A stretch of DNA of 64,000 nt from positions 35,241 through 99,240 of the forward strand of contig JBBIJY010000009.1 of assembly GCA_037445735.1 (NCBI GenBank), written 5' to 3'. Shown piece after piece: positions 39,795-49,529 of the stretch; within the stretch, counting starts at the first letter, position 1, and each line of letters starts with the position of its first letter. Source of the DNA: Armatimonadota bacterium. GTDB taxonomy: Bacteria; Armatimonadota; Fimbriimonadia; Fimbriimonadales; GBS-DC. Under the pieces are notes generated by a model that saw only the letters and a list, made by a program, of their open reading frames with translations, made no database searches and was not told where the DNA came from. Position numbers and translations under genes: made by a program.

Positions 39795-39880
39795 TCAGCC
39801 TCCCTCTCCCCCTTTGGGGGAGAGGGTACGCAATCAGCCTCCCTCTCCCCCAGAGGGGGAGAGGGTACGGGTGAGGGGGC
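39794..39880. repeat. Tandemly duplicated family A REP units between murF and mraY
   Basis: AATCAGCCTCCCTCTCCCCC....GGGGGAGAGGGTACG occurs twice. Confidence 0.85.
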
Positions 39881-39893
39881 AACATTAAGCAAG

Positions 39894-40955
39894 ATGATGA
39901 TAGAGATGGTGATCGCGGCACTAACGGCGCTGGTAATGGGCAGGCCGATAATCGGTGCGCTGGCGCGACTGAACATTCGCCAGAGCATCTATTCCTACGC
40001 GCCTGAAAGCCATCGGGTGAAGGAAGGCACGCCCACGATGGGCGGGTTCATTATTCTGCTCGGCGTGGCGGTCGGGCTGCTCGCGTTCGCCTTTCTGCCC
40101 CATCCTGCACAACCAGTAGCTGGGGCATCCATGCCCCAGTCTATCCCCAGAGGTAGCCTGTACCTTGTGCCGTTGCTCACCTTCTTCGCCGCGGCGGGGC
40201 TGTTCGCCCTGCTGGGCTTCCTCGACGACTATCTGGTGCGCCGCTGGCTGGGGCGGCGCGGGCTGGAATGGAAAACGAAACTGCTGCTGCAGGCACTGAT
40301 GGCGGCGGTCGCACTCTATGCAACAGCGAGCATGCCAGCGCAGTTGCTGAGCGCCCCTCATGCCGATGGAGCAAACGCGCCTGCTCTTCCCTCCCCTGCT
40401 CTGCCCCTCTCCGTCTGGCTGCTGGCGCTGGTGTGGGTGGTCGGCTGGGTGAACGCTTTCAACCTGACAGATGGGCTGGACGGGCTGGCAGCGGGGCTGA
40501 GCGTGATTGCGTTCGGTATACTCGCCGCGCTCTGTCGCGACACGCTGAGCGTCATCACCGCGATGCTCTGGTGCGGCGCCGCGCTCGGCTACCTGTGGTG
40601 GAACCTTCATCCCGCGCATGTGTTCATGGGCGACACCGGCTCGATGGCGCTCGGCGCAACCTTCGCGCTAATCACCTGGCGCGAACTGATGCTCGCTGGG
40701 AGCCTGTCGGGTGAATGGCTCCCGCGCGCCGCGCTGTTCGTGCTGATCGGGCTGATGTTCGCGATCGAAATCATCACCGTGATAATTCAGTTGAGCGCGG
40801 TGAAGGTGCTCAAGCGGCGCATCTTCCGCGCGACGCCCATCCATCACCATTTTGAGCTGATGGGCTGGCAGGAGAGCCTGATTGTGGGTCGGTTCTGGAT
40901 TGCAGGTGCGCTGACGGGACTGATGGCGTACGCGCTTTCGGGAGGGTTGCGATGA
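39894..40955 (+). CDS. mraY: Phospho-MurNAc-pentapeptide transferase
   Basis: GTPTMGG, NLTDGLDGL, FMGDTGS, PIHHHFEL. Confidence 0.96.
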   Translation: MMIEMVIAALTALVMGRPIIGALARLNIRQSIYSYAPESHRVKEGTPTMGGFIILLGVAVGLLAFAFLPHPAQPVAGASMPQSIPRGSLYLVPLLTFFAAAGLFALLGFLDDYLVRRWLGRRGLEWKTKLLLQALMAAVALYATASMPAQLLSAPHADGANAPALPSPALPLSVWLLALVWVVGWVNAFNLTDGLDGLAAGLSVIAFGILAALCRDTLSVITAMLWCGAALGYLWWNLHPAHVFMGDTGSMALGATFALITWRELMLAGSLSGEWLPRAALFVLIGLMFAIEIITVIIQLSAVKVLKRRIFRATPIHHHFELMGWQESLIVGRFWIAGALTGLMAYALSGGLR

Positions 40956-42493
40956 ACTGGAGCGAGATGCGGGTGGCAATCGTTGGCACGGGGCGTAGCG
41001 GCATAGCCGCTGCCGCCGCACTGCTCCAGCGCGGCGCCACCGTCGAACTGTATGACCGCAACATGCAGCTGGATGCACTGGAACAGTTGATGGCGCATCT
41101 GGAAAACGCTCAGCTCGATCCCGATATGGAGATCACTATTGCAGGGTTCCCGCAACAGGATGTGCCTGACTGGGAATCGCCGCCCGATCTGATTATCGTC
41201 AGCCCTGCCCTGCCCCCGTCGCATCCGCTGTTTGAGGGCGCCCGCGCGCACGGCGTCCCCGTCTGGAGCGAGATCGAGCTGGGCTATCGCCTCGCAAAAG
41301 CGCCCATTATTGCCATCACGGGCACAAACGCCAAAACGACGACCGCCGCGCTTGTCCACCACCTGCTGACCCATGCGGGCATCCGGGCGCACCTGTGCGG
41401 CAATATCGCGGGCACCGAAAGCGACCAGACGCTTACCACCGCCGCGCTCAAGGCACAGCCCGACGAGTGGCTTGTGGCGGAGGTCAGCTCGTTCCAGCTG
41501 CAAAACATCCATCAATTTCGCCCGCACATCGCGGTCATCACCAATATCACGCCCGATCATCTGGACTATCATGGCAGTTTTGAGGCGTACGCGCGGGCGA
41601 AGGGGCGATTGCTGGAGAACCTGACGCCCGACGACTGGGCAGTGCTGAACGGCAACGATGCGGGCATCCAGCAGCTTCTAAAATGGCTGCGTGCCGAGAA
41701 CTGCCCCGGATTGCTGAATGTGGAGCGCGCGGGGCATCTGATCCTGAATCCCGCTTCCCTGTGGGGAGATGAAGAACCCAAATCCCTCTCCCCCTCTGGG
41801 GGAGAGGGGGTTGCTGAAGCCCTCTCCCCCGCCTGCGGGGGAGAGGGTACGGGTGAGGGGGCTGTTCCCAGCGGTGAAGAGAGGAACCCCTCACCCCAAC
41901 CCTCTCCCCAGCGGGGAGAGGGGGTTTCTGACGCCCTCTCCCTTTCTGGAGGAGAGGGTATGGGTGAGGGGGCACTTTTAGCAGCAGCTGTCGCACGGAT
42001 AGTGGGCTGTAGCGAGGCACAGATTCAAACAGCACTGACAAGCTTTCGTGGCGTGCCCCACCGCATGGAGTTCGTCGCCGAAATCAAAGGCGTGCGGTTC
42101 ATCAACAACTCGATGTGTACCAACGCCGCCGCGCTGGATTACTCCCTGCGCCTTGCACCCAAGCCCTGCATCGTGATCGCGGGCGGTGTCGATAAGAACG
42201 ATTCAGCGGAGCAGCTCGCCGATGCAATCCGCCGATATTGCCGCGCAGCGATTCTGATCGGTCAGGATGGCGAGCGCATCGGTGCATGCCTGAGCGCGGC
42301 GGGCTACACGAACTGGCGCTATGCAGGCACGCTGGAACGCGCTGTGGAGCAGGCGTTCGCGCTGGCGCAATCGGGCGAAACGGTGATTCTGGCGCCAGGC
42401 TGCGCCAGCTTCGATCAGTTCCGCAACTTTATCGAGCGCGGCGAGCGGTTCCGCGCATGCGTGCGAACACTGAGCGAGAGAGGTCAGGGATGA
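40952..42493 (+). CDS. murD: UDP-MurNAc-L-Ala:D-Glu ligase MurD
   Basis: ITGTNAKTTT, EVSSFQL, DHLDYH, HRME, PGCASFDQF. Confidence 0.93.
   Translation: MNWSEMRVAIVGTGRSGIAAAAALLQRGATVELYDRNMQLDALEQLMAHLENAQLDPDMEITIAGFPQQDVPDWESPPDLIIVSPALPPSHPLFEGARAHGVPVWSEIELGYRLAKAPIIAITGTNAKTTTAALVHHLLTHAGIRAHLCGNIAGTESDQTLTTAALKAQPDEWLVAEVSSFQLQNIHQFRPHIAVITNITPDHLDYHGSFEAYARAKGRLLENLTPDDWAVLNGNDAGIQQLLKWLRAENCPGLLNVERAGHLILNPASLWGDEEPKSLSPSGGEGVAEALSPACGGEGTGEGAVPSGEERNPSPQPSPQRGEGVSDALSLSGGEGMGEGALLAAAVARIVGCSEAQIQTALTSFRGVPHRMEFVAEIKGVRFINNSMCTNAAALDYSLRLAPKPCIVIAGGVDKNDSAEQLADAIRRYCRAAILIGQDGERIGACLSAAGYTNWRYAGTLERAVEQAFALAQSGETVILAPGCASFDQFRNFIERGERFRACVRTLSERGQG
41783..41973. repeat. Family A REP cluster in-frame within murD
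   Basis: Four hairpin units encoding ~63 aa of a G/E/P/S-rich insert. Confidence 0.9.
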
Positions 42494-43767
42494 TAAAGGC
42501 TATATCGCGCCGGCGTATGGGAGCGATCATCCAGCCGCTGACATTTCGGCACAGACGGCTGGCAAGTAAGGACGCAATAACCGCGCCCTTGCCGCGAGGT
42601 GAGCGTGAGCGGGCAACGCTCCAGAGTGTACGGCACGCGCTGTTCTGGCTGCCCCTCACGCTCTGCCTGATCGGGCTGGTGTTTCAGACCAGTGTACAGA
42701 TTGGCGACATTCTGAAAGCCAGCGCCGCCTCACCGATGGAGCCGTTTCGACCCGTGATATTGCAGGCGTGCTGGGTGCTGCTAAGCGCGGGCATGATGCT
42801 GATACTGGCTCATATTCCGTCGCGTTTCTATCAGGCGAGCGCGTGGTTCTGGCTGGTGCTGAGCGCCCTGGTGCTGATCGCGCTCTGGCGAATACCGGGG
42901 CTGGGTGTGGAGCGCAACGGCGCAGTACGCTGGTTCGAGTTCACGCTGCCCGCGCTGGGACGCATCAGCGTTCAGCCCTCCGAGATGTTCAAACTTACAA
43001 CTCTGCTCTATTTCGCTGCGCTCTATAGCCGGCGCAGGGCGTGGAGCAAAGCTGCTTACGGGCTGATCGCGCTCTGGCTGATTGCGCTGATTGCGATTGA
43101 GCGTCAGCCCGACTTCGGCACGATGGCGCTTATCTTCGCGCTGGGTGTGGGCGTGGCGTTTCATGGTGGGGCGAGCCTGACCCGAATCGCCTTGCTGGGG
43201 CTGGCAAGCCTGATGGCGTTTGCGCTGCTCATCTGCCTGCCCGCCATCAAAGCAGCATTCACCGATAAGCCACACGCCATCGACGAGACGGGCTATCGGC
43301 TGAAACGCATCCTGGTGATGCTGAACCCGTGGGAGTATGAGCATGACATCGGCTACCAGATGGTATGGTCGCAGATCGCAGTGGGCAGCGGCGGCATTGG
43401 GCGACTCGCGATTGGCGAGGGGCGCGGGAAACGCTACCTGCCCGCCGCTGAGAACGACTACATCTTCGCCACAATCGCTGAGGAGACGGGCTTCGCGGGC
43501 AGTGTGCTGTGCATCGGGCTGTTTGCGTGGCTGGTGGGCGCGTGCCTGAAGCTGGCGGCGCGGGCGCCCACACGGTTCGGACGGCTGTTCGCGGGCGGAC
43601 TGGCGCTCTGGATTGGACTGCAGGCGCTGATTAATATCGGCATGGCGATAGGGCTGTTGCCGACGGTGGGATTGCCGCTGCCGTTCGTCAGCGCGGGCGG
43701 CTCCGCCCTTGTGAGCCTGATGGCGGCGCTGGGCATCGCGCAGGCGATCGCGAGGGAGACGCGATGA
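42490..43767 (+). CDS. ftsW: SEDS peptidoglycan polymerase FtsW
   Basis: QPSE, QPDFGT, DYIFATIAEE, LPFVSAGGS. Confidence 0.9.
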   Translation: MIKAISRRRMGAIIQPLTFRHRRLASKDAITAPLPRGERERATLQSVRHALFWLPLTLCLIGLVFQTSVQIGDILKASAASPMEPFRPVILQACWVLLSAGMMLILAHIPSRFYQASAWFWLVLSALVLIALWRIPGLGVERNGAVRWFEFTLPALGRISVQPSEMFKLTTLLYFAALYSRRRAWSKAAYGLIALWLIALIAIERQPDFGTMALIFALGVGVAFHGGASLTRIALLGLASLMAFALLICLPAIKAAFTDKPHAIDETGYRLKRILVMLNPWEYEHDIGYQMVWSQIAVGSGGIGRLAIGEGRGKRYLPAAENDYIFATIAEETGFAGSVLCIGLFAWLVGACLKLAARAPTRFGRLFAGGLALWIGLQALINIGMAIGLLPTVGLPLPFVSAGGSALVSLMAALGIAQAIARETR

Positions 43768-44882
43768 GGGTGGCGATAGCGGGCGGTATCACAGGCGGGC
43801 ATCTGTTCCCTGCGCTGTGTGTGGGCGAGGCGCTCCAGCGAGAGGGCGCCAGCGTGCTGTATCTGGGCGCCCAGCATGGGCTGGAAGCACGGATCGCCCT
43901 GCCCTTCCCTGCCCTGCTGCTCGATATGAGCCACCTGCGACCCGCTGCGCGTGTCCCGTGGCGACTGCCGTTCACATTGCTACGCCTGTGTGCCGAAGCC
44001 CGACGCGCTCTCGATCGGTTCGACGCCGAGCTGCTGTTCTGCACGGGGGGCTACTCCGCACTGCCGATTGCATTCGCCCAGCGCAGCCGCCGCAAGCCGA
44101 TGGTGCTGCTGGAACCCGATGCCCGCCCTGGTCGCGCCAACCGCTATCTGGCGCGGTTCGCAGCGCGAATCGCCATCAACTTCGAGGAAGCTGCCGCCCA
44201 TTTCCCGCGCGGCAAAACCGTTCGCACAGGCTTGCCCGTGCGCCTGGAGGTGTGTCGCCCCGATGTACCGGTGGCAACCGCTCGCGAATCGTTCGGGCTG
44301 GCGCTGGCGCGATTCACCGTGCTGGTCATTGGCGGCAGTCAGGGTGCGCAGTCGCTGAACGAGGCGGTACTGAACACCGTGCAATATATGCCCGCCACAT
44401 CGATCCAGTGGTTGCACATCACGGGCGAGGCGCACTACGAGATGGTTCGCGCGACGGCGGACCGCCTCGCGCTCAACGGCAACTATCATCCTCTGCCCTT
44501 TTTGAGTGCAGAAAAGATGGGGCTGGCGTATCGCGCGGCGGATGTGGCTGTCGCGCGCGGCGGCGCGGGCACCATCACCGAACTCGCGCTGAACGGTCTG
44601 CCCGCTGTGCTGATCCCCTACCCCTTTGCCGCCAGCGCCCATCAGCGGTATAATTGTGAGGCGATGGTGCAACGGGGAGCCGCGCTGATGATCGAACAGT
44701 CTGCCCTCTCACCGAGTCTGCTGGCACAGATGCTGACCGCTCTCCACGAATGCCCGCAACAGCGGGAGGAGATGCGCCAGCGTGCCCGCCAGTGGGCAAT
44801 CCCCGACGCCACCCAGCGCGTGCTGCAGATCATCCGCGACACGCTCGTAGACTGGGCGTCTCACCCAGCGAGACCCCGATAA
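43764..44882 (+). CDS. murG: MurG glycosyltransferase
   Basis: GGITGGHLFP, GGSQGA, RGGAGTITE. Confidence 0.95.
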   Translation: MRVAIAGGITGGHLFPALCVGEALQREGASVLYLGAQHGLEARIALPFPALLLDMSHLRPAARVPWRLPFTLLRLCAEARRALDRFDAELLFCTGGYSALPIAFAQRSRRKPMVLLEPDARPGRANRYLARFAARIAINFEEAAAHFPRGKTVRTGLPVRLEVCRPDVPVATARESFGLALARFTVLVIGGSQGAQSLNEAVLNTVQYMPATSIQWLHITGEAHYEMVRATADRLALNGNYHPLPFLSAEKMGLAYRAADVAVARGGAGTITELALNGLPAVLIPYPFAASAHQRYNCEAMVQRGAALMIEQSALSPSLLAQMLTALHECPQQREEMRQRARQWAIPDATQRVLQIIRDTLVDWASHPARPR

Positions 44883-44894
44883 GGAGGAGCCACC

Positions 44895-47507
44895 ATGCAG
44901 TCCCCGACGGGCATCCCGCTGACGACCGACCGCGAACCCAGCCTCCAGACGCGATTCCATTTTGTGGGCATCGGGGGCGCGAGCATGTCCGCGCTGGCAC
45001 GCTGGCTCGCCGAAAAGGGCGCAACGGTCAGCGGCTCCGACCTTGCCGACTCACCTGCGCTGGAATCGCTGCGCACGCGCGGTATCCATGCCTACGCGCC
45101 TCACGACCCCGCACGGATGGGTGAACCCGACTGGCTGATTGTGTCCGACGCCATCCATCCTGATAACCCCGAAGTGATGGAAGCACAGCGTCGCCACCTG
45201 CCCATCTGGCGACGCTCGCAGCTGATGGGCTGGCTGCTGAAGCCCTATCGCGTGATTGCCATCAGCGGCACGCACGGCAAAAGCACCACCACCGCGCTTG
45301 TTGCTGCCATTCTGGAAGCGGCTGGCTACGACCCGCTCGTGCTGCTGGGCGCCGACACGCCGCTCACCACGCCCCCATGGGCGGGCAATATCCGACTGGG
45401 CAGCGGCGAATGGGCAGTCGTCGAAGCCTGCGAAGCCTACGAGTCGTTTCTGGACTTCCAGCCCGACATCGCGCTCATCACCAGCATCGAACCTGACCAC
45501 CTCGATTATCATGGCACTTTTGAGAATCTGCTAACGAGTTTTGCCCGCTTCCTGCACCAGCTGAAACCCGAAGGGTGCTGGATTGGCTGTGGGGATCATC
45601 CGGGGGTACAGCGGCTCTGCGAGCGTGGCGATGTGCCGCGCCCGCGCCTGCTGTACGGCTTCACTGTGGACTGCGGAAGCCCCGCTTCCGCAGTCCAAAC
45701 TGCTGAAATCATCGAGCGAACGCCCTCCATCACCCGCTTCCGCGTGAAGAATGAGCCCCTCTCCCCCACAGGGGCGGAGGGCGAATCCAGACCCCTCTCC
45801 CCCAGTGGGGGAGAGGGTACGGGTGAGGGGGTTTTTTATCCTGCATCTGCGATCAACCCCTCACCCCAACCCTCTCCCCAGAGGGGAGAGGGGGTTTCTG
45901 AAGCCCTCTCCCCCTTTGGGGGCGAGGGTACGGGTGAAGGAGTGCCATCTCCAGCCGATTGGGACTTCGCCCTGCCGCTTGTGGGCGATCACAATGTGCT
46001 GAACGCGCTGGGCGCGATTGGCATCGCCCAGCTGCTGAACATCCCGATGGAGGTGGCACAGCGTGCACTAACAGGGTTTCAGGGCGTTCGGCGGCGGCAG
46101 GAGCTGATTGGCGAGGCGATGGGTATCACGCTCGTAGACGACTACGCGCACCACCCGACGGAGATCGACGCCACGCTCGCCGCGTTGCGCCAGCGGTTCC
46201 CCAACCGCCGCCTGATCGTGCTTTTCCAGCCGCATCTGTACAGTCGCACGCGCGACCTGCTGGGAGGGCTGATCCAGAGCCTGCGCGGCGCCGACATGGT
46301 GGTCATCACCGATATTTATCCCGCTCGCGAGAAGCCAATACCAGGCGTGAGCGCGTCGCTGATTGCCGATGGCTTGCTGGAGGGCGATCAGCCACCCACG
46401 CTCTATGTGCCCATCAAAGAGCAGATCCCTGCGCGTCTCCTGCCCCATCTGATGCCGGGCGATGTGGTGGTCACGATGGGCGCAGGTGATATCGATAAGG
46501 TGGCGCCCGCCCTGCTACGCATGCTGGAGGCGCGGGGTCAGGTGCGGCGACTGCGCATCGCTGTGCTGATGGGCGGCGACTCGCCCGAACGCGATGTGTC
46601 GCTGCTCTCTGGCTCGCGTGTGCTGCAGGCGCTCGACCCCGACCGCTACATCGGCATCCCGGTGGACCCTGCCCTGATGCGCGGCCGGGAGGGCGTCTGG
46701 GGACTGCTCGATTTATTGCAAAGCGAACGCCCCGATCTCGCTTTCATCGCTTTGCACGGTCGGCACGGCGAGGACGGCGCGATTCAGGGTCTGCTGGAGA
46801 TGCTCGGCATCCCCTACACGGGTTCGGGTATCCTGCCCAGCGCACTCGCCATGAACAAATACGCTGCCAAAATCGTGTTGCAATCGGCGGGCATCATCAC
46901 GCCGCGCGGCGTGCTGGTGTCGCGTGCGGAACTGAACGAACTGCTAACGCCTGCTGCCAGCCCGAAGCTTGCCGGGCTGAAACCACCGCTGATTGTGAAG
47001 CCCAACGAGGGCGGCTCCACGCTGGGCACAACGCGCGTGTGGGAGTGGGAGCAGTTGCCCCGTGCCCTGCGGAAGGCGTTCGCCTACGACGAGCGCGCCT
47101 TGATCGAGGAGCTGATTGAGGGTGTGGAGGTCTCCGTGCCCGTGATTGGCACGCGCCATCCGCGCGCGCTGCCCCCTGTGGAGATTGTGCCCCGCGGCGG
47201 CTTCTACGGCTTTCAGGCAAAATACACCCCCGGCTGGACAGAGGAGATTGTGCCCGCTCGCCTGCCCGATGAACTGCTGGATGTGCTGATGGCGACCGCC
47301 CTGCAGGCGCACCTCGCGCTCGGCTGCCGCAGCATGAGCCGTGTGGATATAATCCTGCGCGAGCGCGTGCCCTTCGTGCTGGAGGTGAACACGATTCCGG
47401 GCTTGACCCCCACCTCGCTTCTGCCGCGCAGCGCGGAGGCGGCGGGCATCCCCTTCCAGCAACTGATCACTTTGCTGATAGAGGACGCGCTGGAGGGTTC
47501 CTCATGA
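44895..47507 (+). CDS. murC-ddl: Bifunctional MurC / D-Ala-D-Ala ligase fusion
   Basis: N-terminal GIGGASMS, GTHGKSTTT, DDYAHHPTE; C-terminal GGDSPERDVSL, LHGRHGEDG, EVNTIPG. Confidence 0.93.
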   Translation: MQSPTGIPLTTDREPSLQTRFHFVGIGGASMSALARWLAEKGATVSGSDLADSPALESLRTRGIHAYAPHDPARMGEPDWLIVSDAIHPDNPEVMEAQRRHLPIWRRSQLMGWLLKPYRVIAISGTHGKSTTTALVAAILEAAGYDPLVLLGADTPLTTPPWAGNIRLGSGEWAVVEACEAYESFLDFQPDIALITSIEPDHLDYHGTFENLLTSFARFLHQLKPEGCWIGCGDHPGVQRLCERGDVPRPRLLYGFTVDCGSPASAVQTAEIIERTPSITRFRVKNEPLSPTGAEGESRPLSPSGGEGTGEGVFYPASAINPSPQPSPQRGEGVSEALSPFGGEGTGEGVPSPADWDFALPLVGDHNVLNALGAIGIAQLLNIPMEVAQRALTGFQGVRRRQELIGEAMGITLVDDYAHHPTEIDATLAALRQRFPNRRLIVLFQPHLYSRTRDLLGGLIQSLRGADMVVITDIYPAREKPIPGVSASLIADGLLEGDQPPTLYVPIKEQIPARLLPHLMPGDVVVTMGAGDIDKVAPALLRMLEARGQVRRLRIAVLMGGDSPERDVSLLSGSRVLQALDPDRYIGIPVDPALMRGREGVWGLLDLLQSERPDLAFIALHGRHGEDGAIQGLLEMLGIPYTGSGILPSALAMNKYAAKIVLQSAGIITPRGVLVSRAELNELLTPAASPKLAGLKPPLIVKPNEGGSTLGTTRVWEWEQLPRALRKAFAYDERALIEELIEGVEVSVPVIGTRHPRALPPVEIVPRGGFYGFQAKYTPGWTEEIVPARLPDELLDVLMATALQAHLALGCRSMSRVDIILRERVPFVLEVNTIPGLTPTSLLPRSAEAAGIPFQQLITLLIEDALEGSS
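45666..45700. repeat. Family B palindrome in-frame within murC
   Basis: TGGACTGCGGAAGC-ccc-GCTTCCGCAGTCCA; encodes [12 protein letters not shown]. Confidence 0.75.
45755..45940. repeat. Family A REP cluster in-frame within murC
   Basis: Encodes [46 protein letters not shown]. Confidence 0.9.
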
Positions 47508-48400
47508 GGCGTGCATCGCGCGGGGTTCGACGGGCGATTCGGGTTCCGTCCCCACGGACGGCTGTTCAGATGCGGCGTCGCCGGCTGGCGTCGCGCGTCC
47601 CTGCCCTGCCCCGCCGCCGTCGCCCGCTCATCGCCGCGCGTCATCTGGAATATCTGCTCTGGCTGATGGTCGGGTTCGCTCTGATAGCGAGTTTGTGGGC
47701 GTCGCCCCGCATGCAGCCGCGTCAGATTGTCATTCATGGTGTGCCGCCTGCCGCGCAGAGCGAACTCGAACAGCAGCTGCGCCAGCTCTGGCAGGAGCCG
47801 TTTGGCATTCGGCTCGGTGTACGCCCCGTCGAGACCACACTTCGGCAACACGACTGGGTCGAAGCCGTGCAGGTTCGCCCCACAATTCCCACCCGGCTGC
47901 AGATTCAGGTGCGCCCGCGGGTGCCACTGGTGGAGATTCGCACATTCAGCGGTGATCGGATTTTCGTCGATTCGGCAGGAATCGCCTTTCGTGCGCCGAA
48001 TCCACCCGAACGGGCAGCAGGCGGAATCATCTCCCTACCTGCCAATATGCCCCTGCCGACCGGGGGCGACCTGAAAACCGACACTCCGCTCTGGCGTGCC
48101 TTTGCGCTGTTGAAAGAACTCGCGCGGACAACACGAGCGACATACCATGTGCAAATAGACGCGGATAGCGAGCTGTGCCTGAGCTGTCAGCTGGAGGGCG
48201 GTGTGGTGATTCGGTTCCGGCTGGGCGATGCGACACTCTGGCGGCAACAGCTCCCGATTGTGCAGATGCTGTTGCAAAGTGCACCGTTGCAGGCGGCTCA
48301 ATGGGACTATATCGATCTCACAAGCCCGCACTACCCCGCGGTCAAGCCGCGCAGGGGCAACGGGTACACTCCTGCAGGGCACTCACAGGCGGTTCAATAG
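47504..48400 (+). CDS. ftsQ: FtsQ/DivIB-like protein
   Basis: Position, basic N-terminus + TM + POTRA-like region, YIDL near C-terminus. Confidence 0.7.
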   Translation: MRRASRGVRRAIRVPSPRTAVQMRRRRLASRVPALPRRRRPLIAARHLEYLLWLMVGFALIASLWASPRMQPRQIVIHGVPPAAQSELEQQLRQLWQEPFGIRLGVRPVETTLRQHDWVEAVQVRPTIPTRLQIQVRPRVPLVEIRTFSGDRIFVDSAGIAFRAPNPPERAAGGIISLPANMPLPTGGDLKTDTPLWRAFALLKELARTTRATYHVQIDADSELCLSCQLEGGVVIRFRLGDATLWRQQLPIVQMLLQSAPLQAAQWDYIDLTSPHYPAVKPRRGNGYTPAGHSQAVQ

Positions 48401-48414
48401 GGAGTGACAGATAC

Positions 48415-49173
48415 ATGCCAGGCGACAACAAGCGATTACAGATGCTGATCTTCTTCATCATCTGGACGGTGGTGGGCGTGCTGCTGGGCATCGCGCTCAA
48501 AGCCCAGTTCCGTCTGCACACGGCGGAACTACCCAGCACCCGCCTGCCCGAACTGGCACGCGCCTATGTGCAGGAGAAGCGCGCTGTGCAAATGATGGAA
48601 ACCGAAATCCGCCAGCTGCGCCAGAAAACCACCGAACTCGAAAACGCGCTCGCCACGGGCACCAAACAGGCGAAAGTGCTTAACGATAGCCTGCAGACCG
48701 CTAAAATGCTGGCTGGGCTGGTGGAAGTCGAGGGACCGGGCATCGAGCTGGTGCTGCGCGATAGCACGCGCCGCCCCACGCCCGGCTCCACCGAATCGCT
48801 GCTGATCGATCTCTACATTATTCACGACTATGATCTGCTGCGCGTGGTGAATGAACTGCGTCAGGCGGGCGCGGAAGCGATCGCCATCAATGGGCAGCGA
48901 CTGGTCGCCAACAGCGCCATCCGCTGCGTCGGACCCGTGATCTATGTGAACGACATCAAGATGGCGTCGCCCTTTGTGATCCATGCGATAGGCGACCCGA
49001 ACACGCTTTTAGGCGCGCTCAAGACGCCCGGCGGCGTGCTGAGCGATATTATGGAGGCAGACCCCAAAATGGTGGAGATGCGTGCACTGGAGCGGGTGCG
49101 TATCCCCGCCTACACTGGCTCCACGCAGTTCCGCTTCGCTCGACCTGTGCCTTCAGAGGAGGTTGCCCCGTGA
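48415..49173 (+). CDS. DUF881 family protein
   Basis: GPGIELVLRD, VVNELRQAGAEAIAING.R, AIGDP. Confidence 0.88.
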   Translation: MPGDNKRLQMLIFFIIWTVVGVLLGIALKAQFRLHTAELPSTRLPELARAYVQEKRAVQMMETEIRQLRQKTTELENALATGTKQAKVLNDSLQTAKMLAGLVEVEGPGIELVLRDSTRRPTPGSTESLLIDLYIIHDYDLLRVVNELRQAGAEAIAINGQRLVANSAIRCVGPVIYVNDIKMASPFVIHAIGDPNTLLGALKTPGGVLSDIMEADPKMVEMRALERVRIPAYTGSTQFRFARPVPSEEVAP

Positions 49174-49529
49174 TTGCGATTGGCATGCTCGGACTGTTGC
49201 TCGGACTATTGCTGGCGTATCTGCTGCTGGACATCCCAATTCCAGCGGAGTGGGCGTCCTATCTGTCGCTGGCGGCGCTGGCGGGGCTGGATACCGCCTT
49301 CGGCGGCTGGCGAGCTGCCCTCGAAGGGCGGTTCCATCCCGATGTGTTCGTGTCGGGCTTCATCGTGAACGCCCTGCTCGCCTCGCTCCTGGCTTATCTT
49401 GGCGACCGCATGGGTGTTGACCTCTTCCTTGCCGCGGTCGTCACGCTCGGCGGACGGATGTTCCTGAACCTGTCGATTATCCGACGCTACTATCTGAACC
49501 AGTTATCGCTGAGGAAATCGCGCGGATGA
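49170..49529 (+). CDS. sbp: Small basic protein (Sbp/DUF1290)
   Basis: YLSLAALAGLDTAFGG...FVSGF...NLSIIRR. Confidence 0.85.
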   Translation: MIAIGMLGLLLGLLLAYLLLDIPIPAEWASYLSLAALAGLDTAFGGWRAALEGRFHPDVFVSGFIVNALLASLLAYLGDRMGVDLFLAAVVTLGGRMFLNLSIIRRYYLNQLSLRKSRG

